Shown: positions 15,461 through 34,296, counted from the first letter of the stretch. The stretch is 64,000 nucleotides of DNA from the human T2T-CHM13v2.0 reference genome, Homo sapiens (GCF_009914755.1 NC_060927.1); one strand, 5' to 3'. Numbers and translations are program-made. Notes: generated by a model from the letters alone, not told the origin.

Positions 15461-17055
15461 TAACACAATTCTTATTACTTCTGTTTCAATTTTACAAAGC
15501 CATAGGTTTTTAATCTGGGAAACCTTTGAGAAAACATCCAGATAAATTTATAAATAGAAAAATAAATTCAGACAAATATAATTAAGTTTATGATCTAACA
15601 AGTGGGTGGCAACCGAAAACTTTCCAAGTTCCATAAACTGAAGTGAAAGGATCACTTTCCTGAAAATATTACAAAGGCTTGATAATTACCTGGATTGTAC
15701 TAAAACCTACACAATCTAGTATATTCTATAGCAGCAATTCATAAAGACAGCTTCACTTACCATGTAGAATTTATACATACATTAAATTTAAGGAATGCAT
15801 TACTTGCTATTGGAGTAGGATAATAAACTCCCAGCAGAACTGATTTTCATTAATGCCTATTAAACTATCATTGATGTAGAAATTAAACAATATATTAAGC
15901 TATTCAGACCCAGATTGTGAGAGACAGAGAAAAACTTCAAAAAAGTTCAGCTACCAAATCCCTTCCTCAATAGCTCTTTGAGTCTCAAGACAGTTTCAAC
16001 CACACACATCCTCAGAGTCTTATGGTCCAAACAACATTTGACTGCAGCTCTAAAGTAAGCAAACATTTGAAAAGAAACTCAAAGATCTATACCTGTAGTT
16101 ACGGTCAAGGAGGTCCACCTACTGGTGGGTGAGCATGGCAAGGATAGGGACTAAGCCAAATGATGGGTTTACCAAAACAGAAACAAGAGAAGTCATTGGA
16201 AGCACAGTCCAGGTTATAACAGGAGCCCAGGGACTTGATGTGGGAACCCTATTTGTCTCATTCAGCACCTAGAGTTTTAACGTCCTATGAGGCACAGCTA
16301 ATGCCCTTCATTATTTTTTTGTAATTGACTGCATAGTTTAGAACTATGCCTTGAATTTAATATCTATCTGTTGAATAAATGAATTAATAATGATGAAAAT
16401 CTGTCCACAGGTTATGTGCAGTACTGAAGAGCAACTTCAGCTATTGAGGTATCTATCAGAAGTCTTACTCTCCAAAAAGCCTCTGGTTAGTTACTGATAT
16501 ACGTTGCTGATAATTTGACTCTCACAATGTAGGGGAAGCAGGAATGTTATCTGGCCTCTTGGCTCCTCTTCCTTTGCCTTCCACAGATCTCTCTGCTGGT
16601 TCACAGAGGAACACTTTCGTGGCTCTCAGTTCATTTTGCAATTCTGCTAGAATCTCATTCCATCCTCAGTTGTAACTACCTTGTCCTTCACCCAACGCTT
16701 ATTTACGGAGGGACAGATAGCAAGAAGAAATCGCACTCTGGATTACAAAGTGGGAAGACGCACCCCTTGGCCAGAATGCCTGCCTCCTATGTTCATGAAG
16801 GATATTTCTAATTGATCTCGGCACTCTTTTCCATTGAGCCCATGTCCCAAATTGGCCGTGAGTTAGGGAGAGGGCTCTAGAGTGGGAAAGGTGTACCCAA
16901 AACTTCCCTAATCTGACTATCAAGCCTAAAAAATTAAACTTTCAATTCAACATCCCTTGTTTCTCCAACTTGGAGTGCCTGATGGTGTGGGAAGCCCCTA
17001 CTCATAAAAATTCATAGTTGAAGATTGTTGGTAATTTTGCCCAACCTCCTTCTTT

Positions 17056-17505
17056 TCTTTTTATTCTACTTTAAGTTCTAGGGTACATGTGCACAACGTG
17101 CAGGTTCATTACATATGTATACATGTGACATGTTGGTGTGTTGCACCCATTAACTCGTCATTTACATTAGGTATATCCCCTAATGCTTTTCCTCCCCTAG
17201 CCCGTCACCCCACAACAGGCCCCGGTGTGTGATGTTCCCCTTCCTGTGTCCATGTGTACTCATTGTTTAATTCCCACCTGTGAGTGAGAACATGTGGTGT
17301 TTGTTTTTTTGTCCTTGTGATAGTTTGCTGAGAATGATGGTTTCCAGCTTCATCCTTGTCCCTACAAAGGACATGAACTCATCATTTTTATGGCTGCATA
17401 GTATTCCATGGTGTATATGTGCCACATTTTCTTAATCCAGTCTATCATTGTTGGACATTTGGGTTGGTTCCAAGTCTTTGCTATTGTCAGTGGTGCCTCA
17501 ATAAA
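17056..17505 (-). mobile_element. 5'-truncated L1PA (PA4/PA5-like) 3' end
   Basis: Antisense L1 3' UTR; TSD ctccttcttt at 17046-17055 and 17506-17515. Confidence 0.93.
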
Positions 17506-18869
17506 CTCCTTCTTTCTTTGCCTAGTTACACCTGAATGCAACCTGCTGGCAGGCCAGCCTTAAGCCCAGCAGTCCAACCATGCATCTAAGCTGAGTTCTC
17601 ATCAGAGCCAACTTCAATTATAAACAACTGAGATGATGCCAGAGGCCAGAATCCCTGAGAACCCAATTTGCTGTCATCACCACAGCTGAAACAAGGCGCT
17701 TGGCATCTAGAAAAGCTGATCTGTAGGAAATTTCCAATAGAGTTCAAGTTTTTCTAAGTTTAAAGTGTACAATATCATCAAGGTGAGACACTCAAGATAA
17801 AACTAGGCTTGTGTTTAAATATAATAAAAATATTTGAAGAATAGTAAGAGTGGTGACTACTTTTACACAGGAATGTTTCAAATAAATTGTTTTTTTCTTG
17901 TGCCTTTTAAATTTTGTGATTTGTCAATGAGATGCTGACATGTTTTTAATGAAGCATGCCTTGTAAAATAATAAGTGAATGAAAACTACACAGTAATATT
18001 TACATCAACAAAGCTAGAAGAAGACTGTATGTCTCAAGAGGCTCCATCATCTACCCAGTGGCCACTTCACCAAATTAAGATCCAAATACCAAAAAGAAAA
18101 GTAATTAAAATTTGTGTTGTATGCCTTATAAGACCAAACCTATAAAATGAGGGGAAACTTCACAATTACTTGTAATTTGCTCTGTGGAATTGTAACAGAT
18201 GGATTATAAAGATGATTCCATGATAAACATGTAAATGTGGTTACTACCTTCTGTGCTTTCTTGGTTCATATTTTTATTGTTTTTTTCTTTATAAACAGAT
18301 AATTCATTCTTATCTATGGCAATGCAAACTTTTCAGATGTATTGAATATGTCATAGTGTTTTTCTATTGTAGGCATCTCTAAAAAAGTTATAGAAAACAA
18401 ACAGAGAAAAGTCTGGTGTTGGAAAGGAGAGAGAAATAAAGCTTGTAAAGGAATGAAGATTAGAGCTTTCTGGAGATAAAAATTCTTAGAAGATACAAAA
18501 GCTAGTTACTGAATTAGATGAAGGTTCTTTTTCAGTTTTTCCCAGTTGTTCACCTCTTAGAAGGCACATATTCACAGCAGAAAAGAAAAATGTGTTAAAA
18601 AGAAAATACCTCGGTGTAGTGAGACTGTAATTTCATGAGGGCATTACTGAAGACTCACTTTTTCCAGCATCACTCAGCATGGTATTATGCATGTGTGTAA
18701 TGTAAAGGAAAGTGAATACGCATTCTTGGATGGGTGATCAAATCGTAATTCCAGAATATAATCAGAAGCTGATTCATTATCCTCTTGAGATTTCACAATC
18801 TTTTCATCAGGAATTAAAATTCAGAAGAGGGTAAATGTATCTAATCAGTTGAAAGTTAAAAATTAGAGG

Positions 18870-19879
18870 ATGGAGGCAACATGGCCGAATAGGAACAGCT
18901 CCAGTCTACAGCTGCCAGCGTGAGTGATGCGGAAGACAGGTGATATCTGCATTTCCTACTGAGGTACCAGGTTCATCTCACTGGGGAGTGCTGGACAGTG
19001 GGTGCAGCGCACCATGCATGAGCCAAAGCAGGGAAAGGCATCACCTCACCTGGGAAGCAGAATGGGTCAGAGAATTCCCTTTCCTAGTCAAAGAAAGGGG
19101 TGACAGATGGCACCTGGAAAATCAGGTCACTCCCACCCTAATACTGCGCTTTTCCAACAGGCTTATCAAATGGCACACCAGGAGATTGTATCCAGCACCT
19201 GGCTTGGAGGATCCTACACCCACGGAGCCTCGCTGTTTGCTAGCACAGCAGTCTGAGATCAAACTGCAAGGTTACAGTGGGGCTGGGGGAGGGGCGCCCG
19301 CCATTGCTCAGGCTTGAGTAAGTAAACAAAGCAGCCAGGAAGTTCGAACTGGGTGGAGCCTAACACAGCTCAAGGAGGCCAGCCTGCCTCTGTAGGCCCC
19401 ACCTCTGGGGGCAGGACACAGACAAACAAAAGACAGCAATACCCTCTGCAGACTTAAATATCCCTGTCTGACAGCTTTGAAGAGAGTAGTGGTTCTCCCA
19501 GCATGCAGCTTGAGATCTGAGAACGGGCAGACAGCCTCCTCATGTGGGTTCCTGACCCCTGAGTAGCCTAACTGGGAGGCACCCCCCAGTAGAGGCAGAC
19601 TGACATCTCACATGGCCGGGTACCCCTCTGAGTCAAAACTTCCAGAGGAACGATCAGGCAGCAGCATTTGCAGTTCACCAATATCCACTGTTCTGCAGCC
19701 ACCGCTGCTGATACCCAGGCAAATAGTGTCTGGAGTAGACCTCCAGTAAACTCCAACAGACCTGCAGCTGAGGGCCCTGACTGTTAGCAGGAAAACTAAC
19801 AAACAGAAAGGACATCCACACCAAAACCCCATCTGTATGTCACCATCATCAAGGACCAAAGGAAGATAAAACCACAAAG
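18870..19879 (+). promoter_or_regulatory. L1 5' UTR (internal sense and antisense promoter region), CpG-decayed
   Basis: Recognisable L1 5' UTR; the YY1-site region reads caacatggcc rather than caagatggcc. Confidence 0.75.
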
Positions 19880-20893
19880 ATGGGAAAAAACAGAGTAGAA
19901 AACCTGGAAACTCTAAAAATCAGAGTGCCTCTCCTCCTGCAAAGGAATGCAGCTCCTCACCAGCAATGGAACAAAGCTGGACGGAGTATGACTTTGACGA
20001 GTTGAGAGAGAAAGGCTTCAGAAGATCAAAGTACTCCGAGCTAAAGGAGGAAGTTCGAACCAGTGGCAAAGAAGTTAAAAACTTTGAAAAAAAATTAGAC
20101 GAATGGATAACTAGAATAACAAATGCAGAGAAGTCCTTAAAGGACCTGATGGAGCTGAAAACCATGGCACAAGAACTACATGACAGATGCATAAGCCTCA
20201 GTAACCGATGTGATCAACTGGAAGAAAGAGTATCAGCGATGGAAAACGAAATGAATGAAATAAAGCATGAAGAGAAGTTTAGAGGAAAAGGAATAGAAGA
20301 AATGAACAAAGCCTCCAAGAAATATGGGACTATGTGAAAAGACCAAATGTATGTCTAATTGGTGTACCTGAAAGTGACGGGGAGAATGGAACCAAGTTGG
20401 AAAACACTCTGCAGGATATTATCCAGGAGAACTTCCCCAATCTAGCAAGGCAGGCCAACATACAAATTCAGGAAATACAGAGAATGCCACAAAGATACTC
20501 CTCGAGAAGAACAACTCCAAGACACATAATTGTCAGATTCACCAAAGTTGAAATGAATGAAAAAATTTTAAAGGCTGCCAAGAGAAAGGTCAGGTTACCC
20601 ACAAAAGGAAGCCCATCAGACAATCTGCTGATCTCTCCTCAGAAACTCTACAAGCCAGAAGAGAGTGGGGGCCAATATTCAACATTCTTAAAGAAAAGAA
20701 TTTTCAACCCAGAATTTCATATTCAGCTAAACTAGGCTTCATAAGTGAAGGAGAAATAATATACTCCACAGACAAGCAAATGCTGAGAGATTTTGTCACC
20801 ACCAGGCCTGCCCTAAAAGAGCTCCTGAAGGAAGCACTAAACATGGAAAGGAACAACTGGTACCAGCCACTGCAAAAACATGCCAAATTGTAA
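19880..20893 (+). pseudogene. L1 ORF1p, frameshifted
   Basis: ATG GGA AAA at 19880; split ORFs 19966-20337 and 20334-20735 carry ORF1p residues (LIGVPESDGENGTKLENTLQDIIQENFPNL). Confidence 0.92.
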
Positions 20894-20956
20894 AGACCAT
20901 CAAGGCTAGGAAGAAACTGCATCAACTAACGAGGAAAATAACCAGCTAACATCATA

Positions 20957-24778
<3,822 letters not shown>

Positions 24779-26251
24779 ACAATGAGAAAACATGGATGCA
24801 GGAAGGGGAACATCACACACTGGGGACAGTTGTGGGGTGGGGGGAGGGGGAAGGATAGCATTAGGAGATATACCTAATGTTAAATGACGAGTTAATGGGT
24901 ACAGCACACCAACATGGCCCATGTATACATATCTAACAAACCTGCACGTTGTGCACATGTACCCTAAAACTTAAAATATAATAATAAAAAAAATTAACAG
25001 GAGACTTTTATACAGATAAATTTGCTTTGCATCATGATCAGCACTAAAGAGCATCATAGATTTAAACCATATTTTCACAGTTAAAACAATGTAACCAAAT
25101 ATGCAATATATTATGTAACATTCTACAAGATGTTTTCAAACATGCAAACTGACCTTTAAAACAATTTTGCATAAAATAACATTTCTAGGTAAGAGAAAAT
25201 ACAGACATGTGGTTAGGGCAAAATATTTCTGTTCAAATTACAAAATACTGAATGACAAATCACAGGATAGAAAAGAATTATATTGTACCTGGAATTTGAA
25301 GTCTTCAAATTTATTTAGATATATGTATCTATATGTATTAATAGAGACATATTTAACTGATTATAAGTTTAGAACATTTATATTTTAAAGATGTCATTCT
25401 TTAAAAATTATTAATATCTACAGGATTGATACAGATATTTTAATTTTAAACAAATATTTTTCACTAATGTGACCAGTATTTATGTCCTATTTCATTAAAC
25501 AGACATTTCAAGATTTTTTAGAGTTAATTTTTAAAAATTAAGTATCACAAATATTTCTGAAGTACTACCTTAAAAAATAAAACTCTTTCCTAGCTTTTCA
25601 TATAGTTAAACATTTTCATAATGACTAAAAAGATAAAAATAAATTAGCAACCATAATTAAATTAGAATTCTACTTTTTATATCAGATGAAATACTACATA
25701 AAATGTCCAGAAAATCTAATGTTAATGAGGCTGTGCAGCCTGGACATTTGATGTCTCATCTGTGGGAATGTGAACTAACCCAACCATTCTGAATAATTAT
25801 TGACTCTGTGTGTTAACAGTCTAGAGTCCTGAAACAAGGATCTTAATTCTAAAATAAAATCCTATTCTAAGAATATACCAAGGGTTGATAATCAAGGAAG
25901 TTTCAAAGTTATAGAGAAGAACCTTCATCCTAGCATTATATATGTAATCATCCATATAAACCACATAGTGTTGAATGAAATTACAGAAAAACAAAGAGCC
26001 TACAGAATATGTTTCTCTTTGTGTACAACAGTAAATGTACACATCTATCCATGTAAAATTTTACATCTCAGGAAGATAGGTACCAACATGTTAACATGCT
26101 ATATCTATAAGATAAGAAATTTTACTTTCCTACAATTTCATACACACACACACTCTCAAACATACATACCCACACACCGAGGATATATACACACACAAAT
26201 ATATATATAAACATACATGTTTATATAGGTACACACACACATACATATACA

Positions 26252-26597
26252 CAGATGGTCAACAAATTATAATGGTTCAATTTATGATTTTTTTTTACTT
26301 TATGATGAAGCAAAAGTGATAGCTTTGAATAGAATATAACCATTCTGCTTTTCACTTTCAGTACAATATTCAACAAATTACATAAAATATCCAAAACTTT
26401 ATTATAAAGTGGGTTTTGTATTCAATGATTTTGCCCAATTGTCAGCTGATGTAAGTGTTCTGAGCACATTAAAGGTATGCCAGGCTAAGCTGTGATATTC
26501 AGTAAGTTAGGTATTAAATACATTTTTAACTTACTGTATTTTCAATTTATAATCAGCTTATCAAGACTTAACCCCATTGTACATTGAAAAGCATTTG
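26252..26597 (-). mobile_element. MER47-like (Tigger) DNA transposon
   Basis: TIR-like ends cagatg.../...catttg; internal gtaagtgttctgagcac...aggctaagct. Confidence 0.75.
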
Positions 26598-26707
26598 TAT
26601 TGCATTAAACATGTTATATAATTTCAACTAATTTTAATTGAAATTACTGGCAACTTTTGAAAAAATGTAATGAAATAATGTGCTTTGCTATTGGTTAAAG
26701 TGTTTTT

Positions 26708-27024
<317 letters not shown>

Positions 27025-27950
27025 GTTTTCAGCTTCAAGTAACAGAATAGTCAACTAATTAAAGAAAAAAACAAGGAGCAACTTTTACCAAATCGCACAA
27101 CAAATAGATGGTATCAATGCTTACTTAATTCAACATGATCCACTTTGTGATTCTCTTATCTTTCTACCTATGTTTTCAAGATGGCTATGGCATTCCCAGC
27201 CTTACAACTTCATGTGACAAAATCCAATGGCAGGAAATAATAAGTGACGGCATTTTGGAACTTTAAGGAAAAACTTTAAGGATTGGAAAACAGGGATGTC
27301 ATATGTCCAGTAACATGGGATAGCCATTCCTAATTAAGGATTGCTGTATGTCCTGAATGACTTTCTAATGTAATGAAGGTGAATAACCTGCTTTGTTTAA
27401 TTATACAATCCCAAATGTAACTGCCTAAGTGCCAAGTACTTTTGCATGGTTTTAATATGCCATGAATTTTGCAAGAATGAAACTCCTATGTATATGAGAA
27501 AAGATGGTAGATTTTTTCATTTAGATACTCATTTCAGAGTCTCAATAGGAAAAACAGAACACACTCAAACTAAGATAATTTAACATGGGTTTATTTCCAA
27601 AGAGACTACTTACGAAAATGTCAGGGGAGAAGGGTGAAGGAATCACAGAAATCACACCCCACAATAACTCTGGGTTAGTAGCAGCAGGCAGAGTTCTGGG
27701 GAGTAAACTTCCCTGATCACGCAAGGAAACACTAATTTTCTTATGAAAAAGATTGGTCAAGGAGACCTAGCAGAGAGGGAGTTTAGGCAATAACCCCCAA
27801 TCCCATTTCCTCCTTCCCTTTAATCTCATGAACATGCATAGAAGGCAATGAGCAAGGGAACAGATTGAGATATTCAATATGGACCATTCCACTTGGACAA
27901 AAGCCAGTAAATAGGGGAGTATAACAGGGGACAAGGGCCAAACAGAAAGT
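27025..27950 (-). mobile_element. Old MaLR/ERVL LTR fragments (MLT1-like)
   Basis: ttcagcttcaagtaacagaa, caagatggct and aggaaaaacagaacacactc motifs; highly diverged. Confidence 0.35.
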
Positions 27951-28879
27951 ATCTATTACATTTACCAATGCAGATCAATCATGTCAAAAACAGAAATGGC
28001 AGTTTTGGCATTTGGTTATTCAATGAAACTATATTTGTAGCTTTTTATTTACAATGTTTCAAGGTATGGGCGAAGATATGAAAATTTCATTATGTTCTAT
28101 TTTATTTGATATGTAAATGTTCTGGCACAATTATATACATTTTGGATCATATATTGACAGTAAATTATTTCTCCTTTGTTAGCTTCAGCATAACATTAAT
28201 ATTTTCAACAACTTGAATGCATACATTGTGTTCTCACTAATAGTTTAGAATAGTGAAGGGGTCTTTGAAGAATTTCTTATGAAGTAGAGGCATTGCGTCA
28301 GACAGAGCCGAAAACCATTGGCTTAGATTAATCACTATTTATCCTAGGGCTGAAGAGGGCCAATTGAAGACACAAATGTCCAATCCCTTTATGACCTTGG
28401 AGTTCTATGAACCAGAGAAATAGAGACTGGTTCTTAAGGAGGTAATAAGTGTGCCTTCTATGGTTTATAATAATATGCATTGTCTTAACAATCGAATACT
28501 TAAAAGTTAATGCCCTCATAATATGCAAAATTTTTAATAAGCACATTGGTCCCTGTGTTCAAGTAGTTGGTAATCAAATTAGCGAAGTATGGTAAGTCTT
28601 TTGAAGAGCATTAAACAGCAGAGAATGTAAGAAATTTGTCTCTATAATAGTGTGGGCCTTCTGTGTTTCCTAAGGGCACATTCATATGATCTAATAACTG
28701 AGCAGAGAGAAGCCTAAAGGATAGTTTTTGGTTTCATTTGTTTGTTTTTCCAATTAACATACATTTCTAGATTAAAGGTCAACTATCTTTTCCTTGGGAG
28801 TCAACTATAGGAGAAGATAGTGAAGAGGCAAGGAAAATTACAGCAGCTCAACAGCTTTACCCTGGAAATATCTGTATTG

Positions 28880-29200
28880 TGTACCGCTATAGCCTACCTT
28901 TATCAGTCAGATAACAATGTCAAAGAGGCAAGCTTGGCACCATTGCTCTTAGTGAATCCCTGCTGCCAGCCTTTTATCCTAAGTGCTCTCCAAAGACCCA
29001 TTTAATGGACCTTCCTGAAATTGTGCTCAGGATCAATATGAGGCTCATTGATACAGCATTTTTGGAACTCACCATTTGCTTATTTATTAAACCTGGGATA
29101 GTTGCCCGACTTCTATCATCTGAAATCCTCTCCATGACTTTCAAAGTTACCAACATTGGTTCCAACATCATTCCTAGAAAACATTTCAGTGGAGTATATT
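28880..29200 (-). mobile_element. CR1/L3 LINE RT remnant
   Basis: ttggcaccattgctcttagtgaatccctgctg...tctccatgactttcaaag resembles antisense CR1 RT. Confidence 0.55.
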
Positions 29201-30819
29201 TATCTGACATTTGACTGTATTTATAGCAGTAAGAATCTATGATGATTCCTCCCAAAATAATCCCACAATTACACATTTTGGGTCACCTTGAGGGTCTTAT
29301 CCTTAATATCAGAGATCTGTTCTATACATTTGAGTCTTAGAAATAATTACTAGCTTCTCTCTGAATTTAACTGAGGTTCCTTACTTTTATTCAGCCTGTT
29401 ACCTAAATTACATAATGTATTGAAGGCTATAAACTGTCCAAATTTCTGATTACATTGAGTTAAAAATGGGAATATGACTTTCTTTTTCTAACTTGGCAAA
29501 GATTATGTTTTTTTTCATGAAGAAATATAGGCATATTTAAACACTCAGGATCTGAGAATTTGAAATACATGAAACTTAGCAAGTGGTCTTTAAGTAGTTT
29601 TCATTTCTAAATTATAGTACATACCATTGAATGCTACAGAAGGAAAGACAATGAGGGATTACTCATAAACATTGCCTTTATGATATCCTTCCAAAGAAAA
29701 CCAAGTGTCCCTGTGCTTGGACTCATAAAGCAGAAATGCTTACCTTGCTTTTATGTCACTAACAAACAATTGTGCCTAGTCATTTAATTCTAACGCATTT
29801 AAGCCATCTAGAGAGTGGAGCCCCTAGGGAAAACTACAAATGGAAAATTCATTGATTTTTGATTTTGCTTTCCTATGGATTAAATTTAACACTTTCTTGT
29901 AAATCTCTCCCTTTACAGATCATATGTGATAAATAGTTATCCAACTTTCTAGATGTCCACCCAGAGCTGCTTCCATATGAAGAGGTGGAAACGGATTCTG
30001 TGCATGATACTGGTTAGGATCGGGAACTGTTTTTTTTTAAAGGAGATTTTTAAAATTTGTTTTCCTTGTACACATAGCCTTAATATTGTGTTGCTAACTG
30101 CCCTCTGGGAACAAAGTCATACCAATCACAAATACATTGCCTAAAGTGGGATGGTTATTACTCTGCTGTGAATTGCACCTCCTATTATGTTTTAAAGATG
30201 CTACAAACTTGAGACATTACTATGTAGATGACATTCCCAGCAAATCCCCAAACAACACTTAATGAGATTTCAAATACCAGGATCATGAAACAGTAAGAGA
30301 TATAAGGAAATAAAGAAAAACACAGTATATGTGTAGAAGGCATTAAAACACAAATTTTATAATTACGAATGCATATAATAAGGAACAAGTTTTATTCTAA
30401 ATAGCAATTATATCAGAACTACGATACAGGGAATAAAAGTGAATATTAAGCCATTGTACCAACAATAACAGAGCCCCTTTTCTGCTGCGTGATGGAATTT
30501 AGTGTTTACTAAGGAAGAAAAAAATGCAAGATATCTTAAATTTGGTACTTTCCAACAAATTTAAGAAATGTGTACACACTTGAGGAGACTTAAGAAGTCT
30601 CTGACTAAAACACTAGAAAAGAAAAGCAGTGAAAAACCAAATAAGTATTACTCAACAATAACAACATTTGTTACTATTATATTAATATTAAACACACTAT
30701 TAAGCAACAACATTTCAGTTACTCACTGAGCCCAAAGTCATTTTTCATGAACCATTCACAACACTGATAACCTATTGAAAAATGATTGAAAACAAAAAAG
30801 CTTATTTCTTTCCAAGTCC

Positions 30820-30975
30820 TTTTAAAGCCTTCTCATGTGTCATTTCATATAATCCTTATAACAAATCTATGGAGTATATACTGACTTTATCTCTGTACAG
30901 AAAAGAAAACTGAATCACATTCAGAATAAGTTGCAAAGATCCCCAGATAATCAGTGTCATAGGTGAAATATGATG
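30820..30975 (-). mobile_element. MIR fragment
   Basis: catttcatataatccttataacaaatctat...acagaaaagaaaactga. Confidence 0.5.
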
Positions 30976-31004
30976 TCACAGTGTACTCAAGAGTAATTTA
31001 GGGA

Positions 31005-31235
31005 AGCAGTACAAATGATGGTTGAAAGCACAGGTTCTGGGGTAAATAGCCTGAAGTCAAAATCTAGTTCATATCCTCAGTGGCTGTGTGATCTTGGGAA
31101 ATTTCCCTTAACTCTCTGTGTCTTGATTTTATAGTTTCATCCATTTTTGCCTCTCATATGATCTGGTGAGCGTTACACTAGTTTATGCTTCTAGGACACT
31201 GAAAACAGTGCCTGGCTCTTGATAAATATTAACAA
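31005..31235 (+). mobile_element. MIR
   Basis: MIR core ggctgtgtgatcttgggaaatttcccttaactctctgtgtctt; 3' aaacagtgcctggc. Confidence 0.7.
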
Positions 31236-31854
31236 TTTTGTTTCATTTTCTTCACCTTGAGTATTTCATGGCCAGATGGAAATCAATGTCAATATGAAAA
31301 AATGTTCATAATTCAGCAGGAAGAAATACAAAACCATATAAACAACTTTGTTTTATTGGCAAGTGTATTTGGAAGCTATGTTAAATTGAGAAGGGGAAGG
31401 GAAAGCCTCTAAGGATATCGATTAATCAATGACTGAAAGCTGATGAGACTTGTCTGGAATTTTTTTTTGGAGACTCTGAGACTTAAAATTTTGACAAAAT
31501 AAGGAGATGAATTGAGTAGTGTGGAAGAGACATTTTCTGAAGTCAGCAGAGAAAGGAGAGACAAATATGGTAAGGGGAAAATGGTATGAAGTAATAATAT
31601 GAATGAAGTGCTTTCTAAAGTATAACACATGTAAGTTGTGTTAAATGTAAACTATCATGATTATATCATTACTGTCTGACTGATACAACTATATCCACCT
31701 CAGTTAGCCACATAAGATCAATTTTCCTATATCTTAGAGAATACCAGTAACCTCCAGTTCAGAAACAGCATAAATATCTATCCACAGCTGAGCAGACACA
31801 TACAGCTAGCTACCAGATGAAATGGGCTATATCTTCAAATACTATTGTTTTCCA

Positions 31855-32082
31855 TTTTTTAACTGTGGCAAAACACACTCAACAATTTGCATCTTAACCA
31901 CTGTTAAGTATACAATTCAGTGTCATTAAATGTATTCACAATGTTGTGCAAGCATCACCACCACCCATCTCCATAATTCTTTTTGTCTTGTAAAATTGAA
32001 ATCCTGTACCCATTAAAAAGTGACTCCCCATTCCCCGCCCTCCCAGGGCAACTACAGCTTTACTTTCTGTCTTGATGAATCA
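31855..32082 (-). mobile_element. L1MB 3' end fragment
   Basis: tatacaattcagtgtcattaaatgtattcacaatgttgtgcaagcatcaccacc. Confidence 0.7.
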
Positions 32083-32714
32083 TACAATATCAAATGGAAT
32101 TTTTAAGATATTTAAAATCTTTTGTCTGGAAGCGAAGTGGAAGTTAATATCAATGGCTATGCCTTCAGTGAGTTCTCAGACCACATTGCAATGTAGTTAA
32201 CTATTTATCTTTTATTACGTTCTAGACCTATTATTTCTTTCTGGCACAAAAATATCTTCTTTGTAGATTATGGCATTTACCTCTATCTCCACACCTTTCT
32301 GCGTCTGTCATCCACAGATCATCAGCCTCTTGCTTAGTCTCCATTTAATGACAATTTCTATTTAGTATACAAGAGTCCTTCCCCCCGCAATGCAATTTCT
32401 TCACTCTGAAAAGCTCTGACTCTGGCTACTGGTCTCTGTTATGTACTCATCCCTAGAGCCATGTCTTCAAATATTTCTCAGAACTTCTTCACATCTAAAA
32501 ATCTAGGATTAATGTATTGCTCTCTGATTATATTCTTCTGGTATTTCAAGTATACTGTATAACTTCTTCATCTGCCCTTGCTTTTCTTCTACATCAAGAT
32601 GTCAAGTTCATGGACTTCCCAATTAATCATTTTAAAAATTTATTTCAAACCTTTATGAGTCACTACAATGTACATATGTTCTCAGGAATTATGACCCTAC
32701 AATTTGTATATGAG

Positions 32715-33100
32715 AATAGTTCCTGTGTCAGGCATTATGGACATAAGAGTAAATAAATTCTAGCCCCTGCCTACAAGGAGCTAATTCCCAGCCTAAGACA
32801 GATTGTAAGCCAATAATATGCAGAGTTGTAAGTCTAAGGAAACTGATTGGGATGTACCTAATTCGAGCTGGGAATATCAGAAGAAAAACTTTTTGAAAGT
32901 CATGAGACATGAGCTGTGCCTAAAAGAATAAAAATAGAGTGAGAAATAAGAATAAATAAATTAGGGAATGAGATGGGTATAATAGTAGAAAAAGGAAATC
33001 TCTTTAGATAAAACAGGGTATGAGAGTATATAGGAGGCTTATTAACTCAGTGTGGTTGGAGAAAACAGGTTGAAAGGAGAAATAGGGGAGAAAGTTACAA
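32715..33100 (-). mobile_element. L2 fragment
   Basis: tgtgtcaggcatt...cccctgcctacaaggagct...tgagctgtgcctaaaagaat. Confidence 0.5.
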
Positions 33101-33717
33101 ACGGAATCAAATGTGTTAGTAGTTGAGGGAAAAGCAAATATTGAATACGACCCATAGATCTTGGATAAACCAGTGTTTGGTAGTAGCTTACATAAAAGGT
33201 TGTGACAAAATAACCAGAGATATGTGGAGAAAATAATAACTGAGTGTTATATTTCCTCTCAGTAGAAACCTAAAAAAAAAAAATGTAATCACATACTGAT
33301 CTTTTAACTGACCTCCACTTATCTTGCTGCCTGGATTGGTATATATAGTCCTCTGCCTGAAAAATTGCTCAACACTTTTGAAAGGTTGTTTCTCACTGTT
33401 ACTCCCAGGCATTTCTGCTAACACCAGCTGAGTTGTAAGGGGCCCTCCAGGAGGCCTAGGTTGTTCTCCTTATCACATATATTATTTTCATTTATCAATT
33501 TACCCAGAACATCTAATGAAATATTATGGACACCAATAACATGAATACAAATACAGCTATAGTCCCTAAAAAGTAAATTGATGTCTCTTGAAAGACTGTC
33601 ATGTCTTAGATGCTAAATTTGGAGTATGTGTTTCTAATAAATAAATAGCTTGCTTTAATAATTCTGATTTATGAATGTAATATAGGGGAGCAGCTTTTAT
33701 TTCATCCTTAATCTTAA

Positions 33718-33886
33718 AAAACAATTAGCCGGGTGTGGTGGCGGGCACCTGTAGTCCCAGCTACTCAGGAGGCTGAAGCAGAAGGATGGTGTGCACCTGG
33801 GAGGCGGAGCTTGCTGTAAGCCAAAATTGTGCCACTGCACTCCAGCCTGAGTGACAGTGTGAGACTCTGTCTCAAAAAAAAAAAAA
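33718..33886 (+). mobile_element. Alu right arm only (AluY-like, 5'-truncated)
   Basis: ttagccgggtgtggtggcgggcacctgtagtccc...ggaggcggagcttgc followed by poly(A). Confidence 0.88.
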
Positions 33887-34294
33887 GATCATACAAGGAG
33901 TAAATGATGATTTAGCATAAAACACAACTTGAGCCTAAAACACAGATCATAGGGCTCAAACTTTGTTATTTTATGGGATTATACTAACCAGTTAATATTC
34001 AAAATTTACCATTTCAAAAGAAGAAATATTGGTCTGGGAAAATTGCCATTGCTTATACAGAAGAATGGAGGAATCTTTTTGAGAACAACAATTCTAATGA
34101 TCTTCTTCATCACTGGTTCCAAAACCAAGCCCATGGAAGGCCTGCATAGGGATAATGTGGAGAACATGCAAAAGAAATACACATCACCAGCTCCTCAACT
34201 CAGAGCTCCAAGGGAATGGCTAAGGAAGCTGTATTGTCCTAAGAAATTTGAGACTGTTTTGACTTACAATAAATCCTGCTCAATCATATGTATG

Positions 34295-34296
<2 letters not shown>

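Noticed and set aside
19272-19304. Antisense L1 ORF0 start (ATG GCG GGC GCC...)
   Set aside because: TAA at codon 11, so ORF0 is not intact
28820-29276. Overlapping ORFs on both strands
   Set aside because: Best explained as a decayed CR1/L3 remnant; no coherent protein
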